A program made the translations under genes and the position numbers. A model generated the notes under the pieces. It was not told the origin of the DNA. It saw only the letters and a list, made by a program, of their open reading frames with translations, and did no database searches. Shown piece by piece: positions 16,513-25,658 of a stretch of 35,511 nucleotides of DNA. How positions within the stretch are numbered: the stretch's first letter is position 1; every line of letters starts with the position of its first letter. The DNA comes from Planctomycetota bacterium (GTDB taxonomy: Bacteria > Planctomycetota > Planctomycetia > Pirellulales > Lacipirellulaceae): the NCBI GenBank assembly GCA_039190745.1, contig JBCCXZ010000039.1, forward strand, positions 1-35,511, given 5' to 3'.

Positions 16513-17274
16513 ATGGACCGCCGATTCCTCGCTATCTCGCTTTCGCTGACACTGGGTTTCGCCTGCGAGGCGGCGGCGGTGAAGATCTATTTCGAGGGCC
16601 AATCGAGTAGCTCTTACTTCGACCGTGTTTCTGGTCACTTCTGCTTCGAGATTCCACCTGAACTCGCTTATTGGATCCGGTCGGACTGGGTAAACACCAC
16701 CACTCAGACTAACGGTTTCCTAGCCCTTGAACTGGCGGCTTCGTCTTTGATTTCCTTCGAACTAGAGCTTGAACTGGCTGATTCCCTGGCGTCGATGACC
16801 CTATCCGACACAAGCGGGATGGCCGCCGTTACCCGCCTCTATGGTAGTCCTACTTATGCGAATGAGTATCAGGGCAACAACACTCACTTCTCGATCGAAG
16901 TCGGGGACTATGCAATAGACCTTGGTAAGGAATCAAGGAGCGGTGAACCGTGGAAGTTGTGGGATATCGTGACGTGGGCAGAGTTGACCATTGATTACAC
17001 CACGGACGGTCAGACGCCTTTCGAGTCGTTGCTCCCTCCTGACGCCGATCTGCTGCGTGACGCAACCATCTCACTCAGGCATGCTGCCCCGACTCGAACG
17101 ACGCTCAACTACACTACGCTTGGCCCGAGCGGAGCTCTCATCGATTACGAGTTTTGGGAGTGGAGCAGCGTCGAGCTAACGCAGTTTCTCGTCGTTCCGG
17201 AGCCTTCAACCTGGTGCGCTGCAGTCACCTATCTGATGCTTCTCGCTCGGCGGAGCCGCGTCAGGCGGGCTTAG
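16513..17274 (+). CDS. PEP-CTERM sorting domain protein of unknown function
   Basis: GGGGAG SD, signal peptide and C-terminal VVPEPSTW...LLARRSRVRRA. Confidence 0.8.
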   Translation: MDRRFLAISLSLTLGFACEAAAVKIYFEGQSSSSYFDRVSGHFCFEIPPELAYWIRSDWVNTTTQTNGFLALELAASSLISFELELELADSLASMTLSDTSGMAAVTRLYGSPTYANEYQGNNTHFSIEVGDYAIDLGKESRSGEPWKLWDIVTWAELTIDYTTDGQTPFESLLPPDADLLRDATISLRHAAPTRTTLNYTTLGPSGALIDYEFWEWSSVELTQFLVVPEPSTWCAAVTYLMLLARRSRVRRA

Positions 17275-17448
17275 CTAGGCCGCAGTCGGCCAAGATGCCA
17301 GTGCCACCCTTGGGCATGCCCACGCTGTCAATCGAGGGGTTTTTCCGGCCGTTTTTGACTCTGCCATGGGGCGACCTAGGCTTGGTTGGACCTCTGCGCG
17401 CAGTGCCCGCAGGGGCGTGTTCCAGAGTTGGCCTGGGGAGAGTCTGCG

Positions 17449-18387
17449 ATGAAGCGTTGGACTGTTGTGGTGAGCACTCTGACGGCGGCGCTGTTATTGG
17501 GCGCGGGGGTGACGGCCAACCCCGAAAGGTCGGTGTCGGTCGACGAGCTGGCGGGGCTGCGGTCGGACTTGGAGTTTCAGGTCCGCACGGCGTACCGGTT
17601 CGACGTGCCGGCGCGGAACGCGCGGTTGGCGGCTTTGGAAGACGCGGACCGTGTGTGGCAGGAGTCGCCGCAGACGGAGGGCGACCGTCGGTTGATGGCC
17701 GCATGGCTGCGGGGGGCGATCGGGGCGTCGATGCCGGGGTCGCGGGCGGCGTTGCCGGAGCTGCCGGGGTTTAGTCTGCGGGCGGTTGAGGAGGCGGTCG
17801 TTCAGTCGCCGGTTATTGAAGCGCCGATTGAGACGCCGGTCGCGGCGGAGTCCCCTGCCCCGCCGGTTGTGTCTTCTGCTGATGCGGCGCCGACCGTGGC
17901 GGCACGAGTTCTTCCTGAGGCGCAGGGTCCGCCGGTTGGTACCGGGGCGGCCCTGACGGTGGTTCGGTCGGCTGCGACGGCAGTGACTCCGACGGCTCAT
18001 GCTGAACCTGTCGTTCGTGGGGAGGAACCTGTCGGTCGGACCGACGATGCGAGCAGCCTGCTCGTCTCGGCGAAGCGGTCGGCGGTGGGGCTGAACCTTG
18101 GGGAGCTGACCGTGCGGGTGGCGACGTACCACGACCTGCTGGACGAGATCGAAGCGATGGTTGCGGACGCTTCGGCGTGGGACGCGGGGGCGGTGGGGTC
18201 GGTGCGTCGGTTGGCGAAGCGGGCGCGAGCGGAGCACCGGTTTGCGACGCTGTACTACGGAGTTCTCACGGCCGAGGAGCGCGACCGGGTGCTGCGGCCC
18301 CGCGACCCGGAGAGCGTGTTCCGGGCCGCTGCCGAGGCGGTGAAGCAGTGGCGGGCTTTGCAGGACCGCGACTTCTTGGCGCCGTAA
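17449..18387 (+). CDS. Hypothetical secreted protein with Pro/Ala/Val-rich linker
   Basis: GGGGAG SD before ATG 17449. Signal-like MKRWTVVVSTLTAALLLGAGVTA, then two helical regions separated by a low-complexity linker. Confidence 0.7.
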   Translation: MKRWTVVVSTLTAALLLGAGVTANPERSVSVDELAGLRSDLEFQVRTAYRFDVPARNARLAALEDADRVWQESPQTEGDRRLMAAWLRGAIGASMPGSRAALPELPGFSLRAVEEAVVQSPVIEAPIETPVAAESPAPPVVSSADAAPTVAARVLPEAQGPPVGTGAALTVVRSAATAVTPTAHAEPVVRGEEPVGRTDDASSLLVSAKRSAVGLNLGELTVRVATYHDLLDEIEAMVADASAWDAGAVGSVRRLAKRARAEHRFATLYYGVLTAEERDRVLRPRDPESVFRAAAEAVKQWRALQDRDFLAP

Positions 18388-18448
18388 CGGTCTTTCCTTA
18401 GTGCAGAGCAGGGCCGGCGAGAAGGCGCTGCCGTTTGGTCGGGCGGGT

Positions 18449-18457
18449 TGGTACAAT
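18449..18457 (+). promoter_or_regulatory. Extended -10 element (TGnTACAAT), probable leaderless transcript
   Basis: TG-G-TACAAT ends 7 nt before ATG 18465 and no SD is present. Confidence 0.6.
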
Positions 18458-18464
18458 CCGCGGC

Positions 18465-19841
18465 ATGACGCTACTCATCAAGAACGGCACGGTGGTGACG
18501 GCCGCCGAGACCTACGCCGCGGACGTGTTGTGCGAGGGCGAGACGATCGCCGCGATCGGGCCCGGGCTCGAGGCCCCCGAGGGCGCCGAGGTTGTGGACG
18601 CCACGGGCAAGTACGTGATGCCGGGGTTTATCGACCCGCACGTACACATCTACTTGCCCTTTATGGGCACGTTTGCGAAGGACACGTACGACTCGGCGAG
18701 TCGGGCGGCCCTGGTGGGCGGCACGACGACGCTGATCGAGATGTGCTGCCCGAGCCGGCAGGAGGACCCGCTGGAGGGTTACGACCTGTGGCGTTCCAAA
18801 GCGGAGGGCGTGAGCGCGTGCGACTTCACCTTCCACATGGGGGTCACCCGGTTCGACGACGACACGCCGGCGAAGCTGAAGCGGATTGTCGACGACGGGG
18901 TGACGAGCTTTAAGGTGTTCCTGGCGTACAAGGGCTTCTTCGGGGTCGACGACGACGAGCTGTATCGGACGCTGAAGCTTGCGAAAGAGCTGGGCGTGGT
19001 GGTGACCGCGCACTGCGAGAACGAAACGCTGGTGGCGGAGCGACAGCGTGAGTTGTTGGCCGCGGGGAAGACGGGGCCGGAGTGGCACGAACCGTCGCGG
19101 CCGGCGTCGGTCGAGGCGGAGGGCGTGCACCACCTGGCGGCGTTCGCCGAGCAGACCGGCGCGAGCGTGTACGTGGTGCATACCAGTTGCCGGCCGGCGG
19201 TGGAGGCGGCGCTGGCGGCGCGGGCGCGGGGAGTGGACATCACGCTCGAGACGGTGATTCCCTATCTGGTGCTCGACAACACGTATGCCGAGAAGCCCGA
19301 CTTCGAGGGGGCGAAGTACGTGATGTCGCCGCCGATCCGTTCGGCGGAGCATCAAGACTACCTCTGGGGGGCGCTCGCGGACCGGACGGTGAGCACCGTG
19401 GCGACCGACCACGCTCCGTTCGACTTCGCCGGTCAGAAAGAGATGGGGCGGGAAGACTTTACGCTGATCCCCAACGGCATCCCGTCAGTGGAAGATCGGG
19501 CGAACCTGCTCTTCACGCACGGGGTGCAGCGGGGGCGGTTCGACCTGACGACGTTTGTCGACGCGGCGAGCACGCAGGCGGCGAAGGCGTTTGGGCTGTA
19601 CCCGCGGAAGGGCGAGGTGGCCGTGGGCTCCGACGCCGACCTAGTGGTGTACGACCCCGAGTGGCGGGGGGCGATCTCCGCCGAGACGCACCTGATGGAC
19701 ACCGACTACAGCGCGTTCGAAGGCTGGGAGCTGCAGGGGCGGCCGTCGTTGGTGACGGTCCGGGGCAAGGTGATGGCCCGCGACGGGGCGTTCGTCGGCG
19801 AGCTGGGGCACGGGCAGTTTTTGAAGCGGGAGCCGCAATGA
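18465..19841 (+). CDS. hydA: Dihydropyrimidinase / D-hydantoinase
   Basis: MPGFIDPHVH, GGTTT, SFKVFLAYK, AHCEN, YVVH, YVMSPP, TDHAPF, IPNG. Confidence 0.92.
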   Translation: MTLLIKNGTVVTAAETYAADVLCEGETIAAIGPGLEAPEGAEVVDATGKYVMPGFIDPHVHIYLPFMGTFAKDTYDSASRAALVGGTTTLIEMCCPSRQEDPLEGYDLWRSKAEGVSACDFTFHMGVTRFDDDTPAKLKRIVDDGVTSFKVFLAYKGFFGVDDDELYRTLKLAKELGVVVTAHCENETLVAERQRELLAAGKTGPEWHEPSRPASVEAEGVHHLAAFAEQTGASVYVVHTSCRPAVEAALAARARGVDITLETVIPYLVLDNTYAEKPDFEGAKYVMSPPIRSAEHQDYLWGALADRTVSTVATDHAPFDFAGQKEMGREDFTLIPNGIPSVEDRANLLFTHGVQRGRFDLTTFVDAASTQAAKAFGLYPRKGEVAVGSDADLVVYDPEWRGAISAETHLMDTDYSAFEGWELQGRPSLVTVRGKVMARDGAFVGELGHGQFLKREPQ

Positions 19842-20692
19842 GAGCGTTCCCTGCCGCGTTGCTGGTTGTATTGCTTGCGCCGGGCATCGGTGCTCTTGCC
19901 GAGACGGCAACCAAGGTTGAGGTTGTTGCGCCGCCTAGTCTGGAGTGGGAGGCCAGGTTCCAGGGTGTGGACTATGCCACGTTTACGCTCGACGCACCGC
20001 GGCCGATGGTTTGCCATGTGTTGCGGGTGGACCTGTCGGCGGACGGCGTGGCGCTGATTACCAACGACGACAACGGGGACCGGCCCGAGGAGACCGACGG
20101 AGCGAAGACCAGCACGTTTGTCGGCCAGACCGGCTGCCAAGCGGCGGTGAACGGGGCGCCGTTCTGGCCGATCCACGCCGAGGAGGGCCTGCCGCAGAAC
20201 GTGGCGGGGATTGTCATCTCCGAAGGCGAGCTGGTGTCGCCCGATTTCGAGGGGCGGCCGGGGCTGATCTACTTCGCGGACCGGAGTGCGGCGATCGGTC
20301 TGCCCGCGGAGAGCGACGACGTGGTGACGGCGGTGGGCGGTTTTTGGTCGGTGCTGCGAGACGGCGAGGTGGTCGACGTGGGTGAATCGGTGCACCCGCG
20401 CACCGCTGCGGGAGTTTCTGAAGACGGGCGAACGGTGTGGCTGCTGGTGGTCGACGGCCGGCAGCCGGGTTACAGCGAAGGGGCGCGGAGCGATGAGTTG
20501 GGTTCGATCCTCAAGTCGCTCGGCGCCGACGACGGGCTGAACCTCGACGGCGGCGGCACGACCGCCATGGCGATCGAGGGCCCCGACGGCGAGCCGGTGG
20601 TGTTCAACCGGCCGATCAACGGCGGCGTGCCGGGGCAGGAGCGGGTCTCGGCGAGCCACCTGGGCGTGCGGGCAGTGCGGCTTAAGGACTAA
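19838..20692 (+). CDS. Secreted phosphodiester glycosidase (NAGPA/DUF2233) family protein
   Basis: Signal peptide, AAVNG, HPRTAAG, VVDGRQ, NLDGGG. ATGA overlap with hydA. Confidence 0.88.
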   Translation: MRAFPAALLVVLLAPGIGALAETATKVEVVAPPSLEWEARFQGVDYATFTLDAPRPMVCHVLRVDLSADGVALITNDDNGDRPEETDGAKTSTFVGQTGCQAAVNGAPFWPIHAEEGLPQNVAGIVISEGELVSPDFEGRPGLIYFADRSAAIGLPAESDDVVTAVGGFWSVLRDGEVVDVGESVHPRTAAGVSEDGRTVWLLVVDGRQPGYSEGARSDELGSILKSLGADDGLNLDGGGTTAMAIEGPDGEPVVFNRPINGGVPGQERVSASHLGVRAVRLKD

Positions 20693-21912
20693 CGTTCGTC
20701 TGCTGCGATTCTTGCGGCTTTGGCCGACAGGTACCTGCGTACCGCCGGGTCAGCGGCTAATGCGGCGGCCTTGGTAAGGGCCTGCTCCGCCGCGGTCAGT
20801 TCTCCCCGGCGGCGGAGGAGTTCGCCGCGGACGGCCCAATAGGGTTGGAACGAAGGTAGGCGGTTGCCGGCGTCTCGCTCGAGCTGCTGAAGTTGCCGCC
20901 ATGCTTGGTCGAGATCGCCGGACTCGGCGATCGCGGCCGCGCGGCCGACGGCGGCGCCGATCGACGGGGCGAGCCCTAGCAGCACGTCGTAGAAGCCAAC
21001 AATCGAATGCCAGTTGTTTTCGCCGTTGCGGAGGCGGGCGATGCGGGCCGACTGGATCGCGGCTTCGATCTGGAACCGGCCCGGCCGGCGGGCGGCGGAG
21101 GCCTCGCGGAGCGCGGCTTCGGCCTGTTCGATCATGGCGGTGTCCCACTGGTCGCGGTTCTGCTCTTCGAGCGGGACGAATGCGCCCTCGGCGTCGATCC
21201 GGGCTGTGGCACGAGACTCGCAGTAGAGCCCCAAAGCGAGTAGGCCGCGGGGCTCGGGCTCGTTCGGCAGCAGATCGGCGGTGATTCGGGCGAGCCAGAT
21301 AGCTTCTTCGGCAAGGCGGCCGGCTGCGCCGTCGGCGTTTTTTTCGACGGCGTCGACACCGGCCGTAAGGGCGGCGTAGATCGCGGCGAGCACCGTGTCG
21401 AGCCGCGGGCCGAGCTGCTCGCCCTCGGGCGTTTCGAGCCGGATACGGGCGTCTCGGATCTTGGCCTTTGCACGGGTGAGCCGTTTCTTCAGCGCCGCGG
21501 GGCTCACGAGGAAGATGGAGGCGATCCGCTCCAACTCGACGCCGAGCACGCAACGCAGCACGAGTGGTGTGCGGGCGGCGGGGTCGATCGCCGGGTGGGC
21601 GCAGGCGAACAGCAGAGCAAGCCGCTCGTCGGGGATGGGGCCAACGGCGGGGAGGGCGTCGACAACATCGGCTTCGTCGAGTGTTTGCCGCCGTTGTCCG
21701 CGGCGGGCGTCGTCGATCAGACGCCGCCGCGCCGCGGTTAGCAGCCAAGCGTCCGGGTGCTCGGGCACACCGGTGCGGGGCCAGGTTTCGAGCGCCTTGG
21801 CGAGCGCATCAGAGACGGCGTCCTCGGCGGCGTGCAGGTCGCTGCTGGCGCGACCGACGAGGGCGACGAGTTTTCCGTACGACTCGCGGGCAGCCCGTTC
21901 AACGGCTTCCAT
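20689..21912 (-). CDS. ECF sigma factor with C-terminal TPR-like extension (ECF42-like)
   Basis: AEDAVSDA...WP..GVPEHPDAWL, IPDERLALLFACAHPAI, RLTRAKAKIR, VPLEEQ, GRFQIEAAI. Confidence 0.88.
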   Translation of the reverse strand: MEAVERAARESYGKLVALVGRASSDLHAAEDAVSDALAKALETWPRTGVPEHPDAWLLTAARRRLIDDARRGQRRQTLDEADVVDALPAVGPIPDERLALLFACAHPAIDPAARTPLVLRCVLGVELERIASIFLVSPAALKKRLTRAKAKIRDARIRLETPEGEQLGPRLDTVLAAIYAALTAGVDAVEKNADGAAGRLAEEAIWLARITADLLPNEPEPRGLLALGLYCESRATARIDAEGAFVPLEEQNRDQWDTAMIEQAEAALREASAARRPGRFQIEAAIQSARIARLRNGENNWHSIVGFYDVLLGLAPSIGAAVGRAAAIAESGDLDQAWRQLQQLERDAGNRLPSFQPYWAVRGELLRRRGELTAAEQALTKAAALAADPAVRRYLSAKAARIAADER

Positions 21913-21923
21913 AGGCGGCTTCT

Positions 21924-22295
21924 CTAGCCTTCCGACCCGGGTTCCGACCGTGGCGGCAGTAGCGGGCGGACTTCGATCTTCCCGCCGGGCGAGGGTAGCT
22001 TGGCGGCCCAGGCGAGGGCGTCGTCGAGCGAATCGACCTCGATGAGGAAGAAGCCGCCGAGTTGCTCTTTGCTGTCAGCGAAGGGGCCGTCGTGCACCTC
22101 GTGCCCCCCGGGGGCAAGGGTGACCGTGGTCGCCTTGTCGGGCGTTTCGAGCCCGGCCCCGCCGCGCATAACGCCGGCGTCGCTCACGGCTTGTGAGTAA
22201 GCCATCCAGGCGTCCCAATAGGCCGGGGCGTGTTCGGGAGAAGTCCGTTTGGCCATCTCTTCGGGTTGTTCGTGGATAATCAGTGCGTACTGCAT
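21924..22295 (-). CDS. YciI/DGPF family protein
   Basis: MQYALII...ATTV...VHDGPFADSKEQLGGFFLI...IEVRP. Confidence 0.9.
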   Translation of the reverse strand: MQYALIIHEQPEEMAKRTSPEHAPAYWDAWMAYSQAVSDAGVMRGGAGLETPDKATTVTLAPGGHEVHDGPFADSKEQLGGFFLIEVDSLDDALAWAAKLPSPGGKIEVRPLLPPRSEPGSEG

Positions 22296-22356
22296 GGGGG
22301 GTTTCTCATTGCGATGTGGTTTGTGTCGGGCGCCGCGGCGGGCGCCTCTACCGGGA

Positions 22357-22383
22357 GACGAACGGGGAACGGGCGGGGGGACA
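22357..22383 (-). promoter_or_regulatory. Candidate ECF (ECF42-type) autoregulated promoter
   Basis: Minus strand TGTCCC-N17-CGTC, about 60 nt upstream of the YciI start. Confidence 0.55.
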
Positions 22384-22542
22384 CGATTCTGAGAGAAATC
22401 CGTCAGATGGTCAAAAGAGGGCCTCTCGGCCTGCCTTTGTGGGCCGTCGGCGGGTAGGGGCCGCGGTCTGTGGCCTATGTTTGAGGGCAGCATTCTCTCG
22501 CCCTCGCCGGGCAGCCTTCGAACCCACCCGAGGCCCGACGCG

Positions 22543-23349
22543 ATGATTCTCAAGTTCCTTAAGCGTTGCTTCTTGGCTTGCGTTCTGTTGGCGACGGTCG
22601 CCGCGGGGGCGGTGATCGGTTGCGTGGTGCTGGCCTGCACTTCGCCGGGTTTCTACAAGGTTGCCCTCTCTGAACCTGCTGATGCGGCGGACGCCCGGGC
22701 CGCGATGGCCGAGGTCGAGCGGACTTTTCGGTCGCTCGAGATGTTTCTGAAACTCGACGGGGACAACTACGACGCACTGCAAGCGCTGCCGGAGGAGGCC
22801 TTCGCTCCGAAGAGAGATCCGAACAGCAAGACTGAGGGCGAGGTGCTCGCGGCGCTGAACACGCTGCGGGATTCTGAGTTGGTCACGCGCGACACGTTCA
22901 CGTTTTCGCTGACCGAGCGGCAGCTCAACGCTTTCTTGAGCGAGGAGATCGGTGCGCAGGACAAGGACGTGCGGGAGCCGCGCGTCTCGCTGGAGGGCGG
23001 CCTGGTGCGGTGCGGGGCGACGGTGGCGACGCCCGCGGGCGATCTGGTGTTGTCTCTGGACGGCGAGCTTTCGAAGTCGGAGCGGACGAGCCTCGATTTC
23101 GAGCTGCACGCGGCTCGCGTGGGGCGGTTGCCGCTGCCCGCGGGGAGGCTGCTCAAACTGTTTGCGCAGACGAACCCTCGGCTGCCGCGGGGCGTGCGGC
23201 TCGACGTGAGCGGCGCCAGGCCGGTGCTCTCGGTCACGGCGATGCCCACGCGGAGCCAGTTGCAGATTGATTCCGTGCGGATCGCCGGGGGGGCGTTGCA
23301 CATGGTAGTGCGTCGCACGGGCGTGGCGGTTGTGGCCGCCGCGGATTGA
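22543..23349 (+). CDS. Hypothetical membrane-anchored protein
   Basis: N-terminal TM followed by a soluble beta-rich domain (FTFSLTERQLNAFL...ARVGRLPLP). Start uncertain (22477 is an alternative). Confidence 0.7.
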   Translation: MILKFLKRCFLACVLLATVAAGAVIGCVVLACTSPGFYKVALSEPADAADARAAMAEVERTFRSLEMFLKLDGDNYDALQALPEEAFAPKRDPNSKTEGEVLAALNTLRDSELVTRDTFTFSLTERQLNAFLSEEIGAQDKDVREPRVSLEGGLVRCGATVATPAGDLVLSLDGELSKSERTSLDFELHAARVGRLPLPAGRLLKLFAQTNPRLPRGVRLDVSGARPVLSVTAMPTRSQLQIDSVRIAGGALHMVVRRTGVAVVAAAD

Positions 23350-23469
23350 GGAGTGGGCGGTGCTAGCGGTTATGCGATCGCCGTTGCTGGCGTTGTTGTT
23401 GCGGCATAACCTACCGTGACCGAGCGGCCCGCTCGGGCTAGAGCATTCAGGACACGAAGGTGTAGCGCT

Positions 23470-24093
23470 ATGGAAGGCGTGTTCGACAAAATCTACCGCA
23501 CGAACGAATGGAACGACGGTTCGGGCCAGGGTTCGGTGATCAAGCACGTGCGCGGCTACGCGCGGTTCCTCGAGCGGTTTGTCCACGAGCGGGGCGTGCG
23601 TTCGGTGGTCGACATGGGCTGCGGCGACTGGCAGTTCTCGCGGACCATCGACTGGGGCGGCGCCAACTACCACGGCTTCGACGTGGTCGCCTCGGTGATC
23701 GAGCAGAACCAACGCGAGTACGCACGCGAGGGCGTGCGGTTCTCCCACTACTCGGGTGACGCGGCGGAGCTGCCGACGGCCGATCTGTTGATCGTGAAGG
23801 ACGTCCTGCAGCACCTGTCGAACGAACAGGTGCACGGCGTGCTGCCTCACCTGGGCCGGTACCGCTGGGCGCTGCTGACGAACTGCGTGGACCCCCGCGG
23901 GGAGACGGTCAACGGCGACACCGAAGACGGCGGCTTCCGTTACCTCGACCTCCGCCGAGCGCCGTTCCACCTGGACGCGGAGGAGGTGTACGAGTTCTCG
24001 AAGCGGATGTTCCCGCTGAGGCGGTTGGTGCAACGGCCGCGTTGGCGGAAGCGTGTGCTGCTGGCGGAGAACGCGGGTGCGGAGGCGGCTTGA
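23470..24093 (+). CDS. Class I SAM-dependent methyltransferase
   Basis: FDKIY..NEW..GSGQGS, VVDMGCGDW, YHGFDV, KDVLQHL. Confidence 0.88.
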   Translation: MEGVFDKIYRTNEWNDGSGQGSVIKHVRGYARFLERFVHERGVRSVVDMGCGDWQFSRTIDWGGANYHGFDVVASVIEQNQREYAREGVRFSHYSGDAAELPTADLLIVKDVLQHLSNEQVHGVLPHLGRYRWALLTNCVDPRGETVNGDTEDGGFRYLDLRRAPFHLDAEEVYEFSKRMFPLRRLVQRPRWRKRVLLAENAGAEAA

Positions 24094-24110
24094 AGTTGCC
24101 AGCCGAGCGC

Positions 24111-24129
24111 CTAGCCCTGGCTGGGCTAG
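24111..24129. terminator. Hairpin between convergent genes
   Basis: CTAGCCC-TGGCT-GGGCTAG, with no clear U tract. Confidence 0.3.
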
Positions 24130-24133
24130 CTGT

Positions 24134-25309
24134 TCAGCGCACTGATCGCCGCTTTGATATGAGGGCTCCGAAAGCGACCAGTCCCAACACAAGAGCGCTT
24201 GGTTCGGGGATGGTTGCGGCCTCGATAAAGTCGAGGTAGCGGCTGACGAGCATCCCGCCCCCGATGGAATCGAACGTGCCGTTGGCACTGCCAAACGAGT
24301 TGATGCCGAAGACGGTCAACTCCTCCGCTTGGACGATGCCGTCGCCGTCGTCGTTCCAGATAAAGCTGGGGCCGCCGGAGTCGCCCGGCCCGACCGTCGT
24401 CTCGACCTCGTTCCCGAGTGTGGAGAGGCCGTCGATCCCCGTGCCGACGGGGCCGTCGAAGTCCCACAGGTAGGCCTCGGGCTCTGTGAACGGCGCCTCG
24501 TCGTCGGCGAAGAACTGAGAGGCCAGGTTCTCGCCGGTACGCTTGACGAAAAAATCAGCCGCGGAAGTCCCGCCGGAGATACCGTCACCCGTCTCTCCGT
24601 AACCGACCATCGTGACCTGCGTGATGAATTGAAACGGCTGGTCGTCCAGATCGTACACCGGGATGCCCGCTGGGATCGGCGCTGTAAGCTCGATCACGGC
24701 AATGTCGTCGTTGAGCGAAGGGGCGGTTTCGCTTGCCGGGGCGTTGACGTTCAGGAAGCCGTTCCAATCCGGGTGGAGGATGGCCTGCGCGACGGCACGG
24801 AGCGTTGCGCCGGCGACGTTAGAGCCGGGGTTGTTTTCGTTGAACACGACTACGGTGTTCTGGATGTCGACATCAACGGCGCCGTCGCCGGTTTCGTTGC
24901 CGAACTGGTCTTCGCCGCCGAAGAGGTCGAGGCAATGGGCGGCGGTCAGGACGTGTCGAGGGCTGATCGCGACGCCGGAGCAGAGGACTGCGCCGCCGCT
25001 GAGCAAGGGGATGCTGATGCTCACAACGCCGGCGAAGGGGGAGTCGGGCACGTTCGGGTCGACGTGCATCGCCGGGGAATCGGGCGGAGAACCGTTGGGG
25101 TCGCCGACGATCACCAGGGGCGAGAATGCCGTCGTGTCGCCGGAATACGGTGCCGGCGACAGATCGAGCTGCTCTGCCCACGCCTGGCAGGGCGATAGCA
25201 CCGCTAGGGCTGCGACAAGCAATAGCTTAAGGGAAGAGTTGTCCTTTAAGCCGAGGGCTCGGGAAGAGCGCACTGCTGCGCCGTAAACCGACTGGGGAGT
25301 GGGAGTCAT
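24134..25309 (-). CDS. Trypsin-like (S1) serine protease with PEP-CTERM
   Basis: Signal peptide. Catalytic triad motifs LTAAHC, DDIAVIEL and GDSGGP. C-terminal IPEPS, TM, then KRR. Confidence 0.9.
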   Translation of the reverse strand: MTPTPQSVYGAAVRSSRALGLKDNSSLKLLLVAALAVLSPCQAWAEQLDLSPAPYSGDTTAFSPLVIVGDPNGSPPDSPAMHVDPNVPDSPFAGVVSISIPLLSGGAVLCSGVAISPRHVLTAAHCLDLFGGEDQFGNETGDGAVDVDIQNTVVVFNENNPGSNVAGATLRAVAQAILHPDWNGFLNVNAPASETAPSLNDDIAVIELTAPIPAGIPVYDLDDQPFQFITQVTMVGYGETGDGISGGTSAADFFVKRTGENLASQFFADDEAPFTEPEAYLWDFDGPVGTGIDGLSTLGNEVETTVGPGDSGGPSFIWNDDGDGIVQAEELTVFGINSFGSANGTFDSIGGGMLVSRYLDFIEAATIPEPSALVLGLVAFGALISKRRSVR

Positions 25310-25658
25310 TAGCGGAACTCTCTGAGGTAGCGCCCTGGGGCGGGCGGTAGCGTTCGTGCAGCGACAAGGTGTGCGTGGCTAGCTGATTGAAGGTAGCCAT
25401 TGTGGGAAGAGCCTGGATAGACGTTCCATCGTCAGTCCGGACGGCATTGCCCGAGGATATCCGGCGTTTCGTATCGGGGCAACGAAATCAGCGGCGTGTG
25501 CTTCGTCGGAGCGTCGCAGGATACCCCAAGTGCTTGCGCCGGATGGCCGGTTCACTACGGTGTGCCGCAGACGGGGTCTTTGGTTGAAACATCTACTGCG
25601 GCGTGCGGTACTTGCAATCGACGCGAGGCGCTCGGGACACTGTGCAACCCGTTGGGCG

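Noticed and set aside
25310..25658. Imperfect inverted repeats (TGGCTA/TAGCCA, TTGCCCGA/TCGGGGCAA) upstream of the serine protease
   Set aside because: Short and weak for GC-rich DNA, with no recognisable riboswitch or ncRNA.
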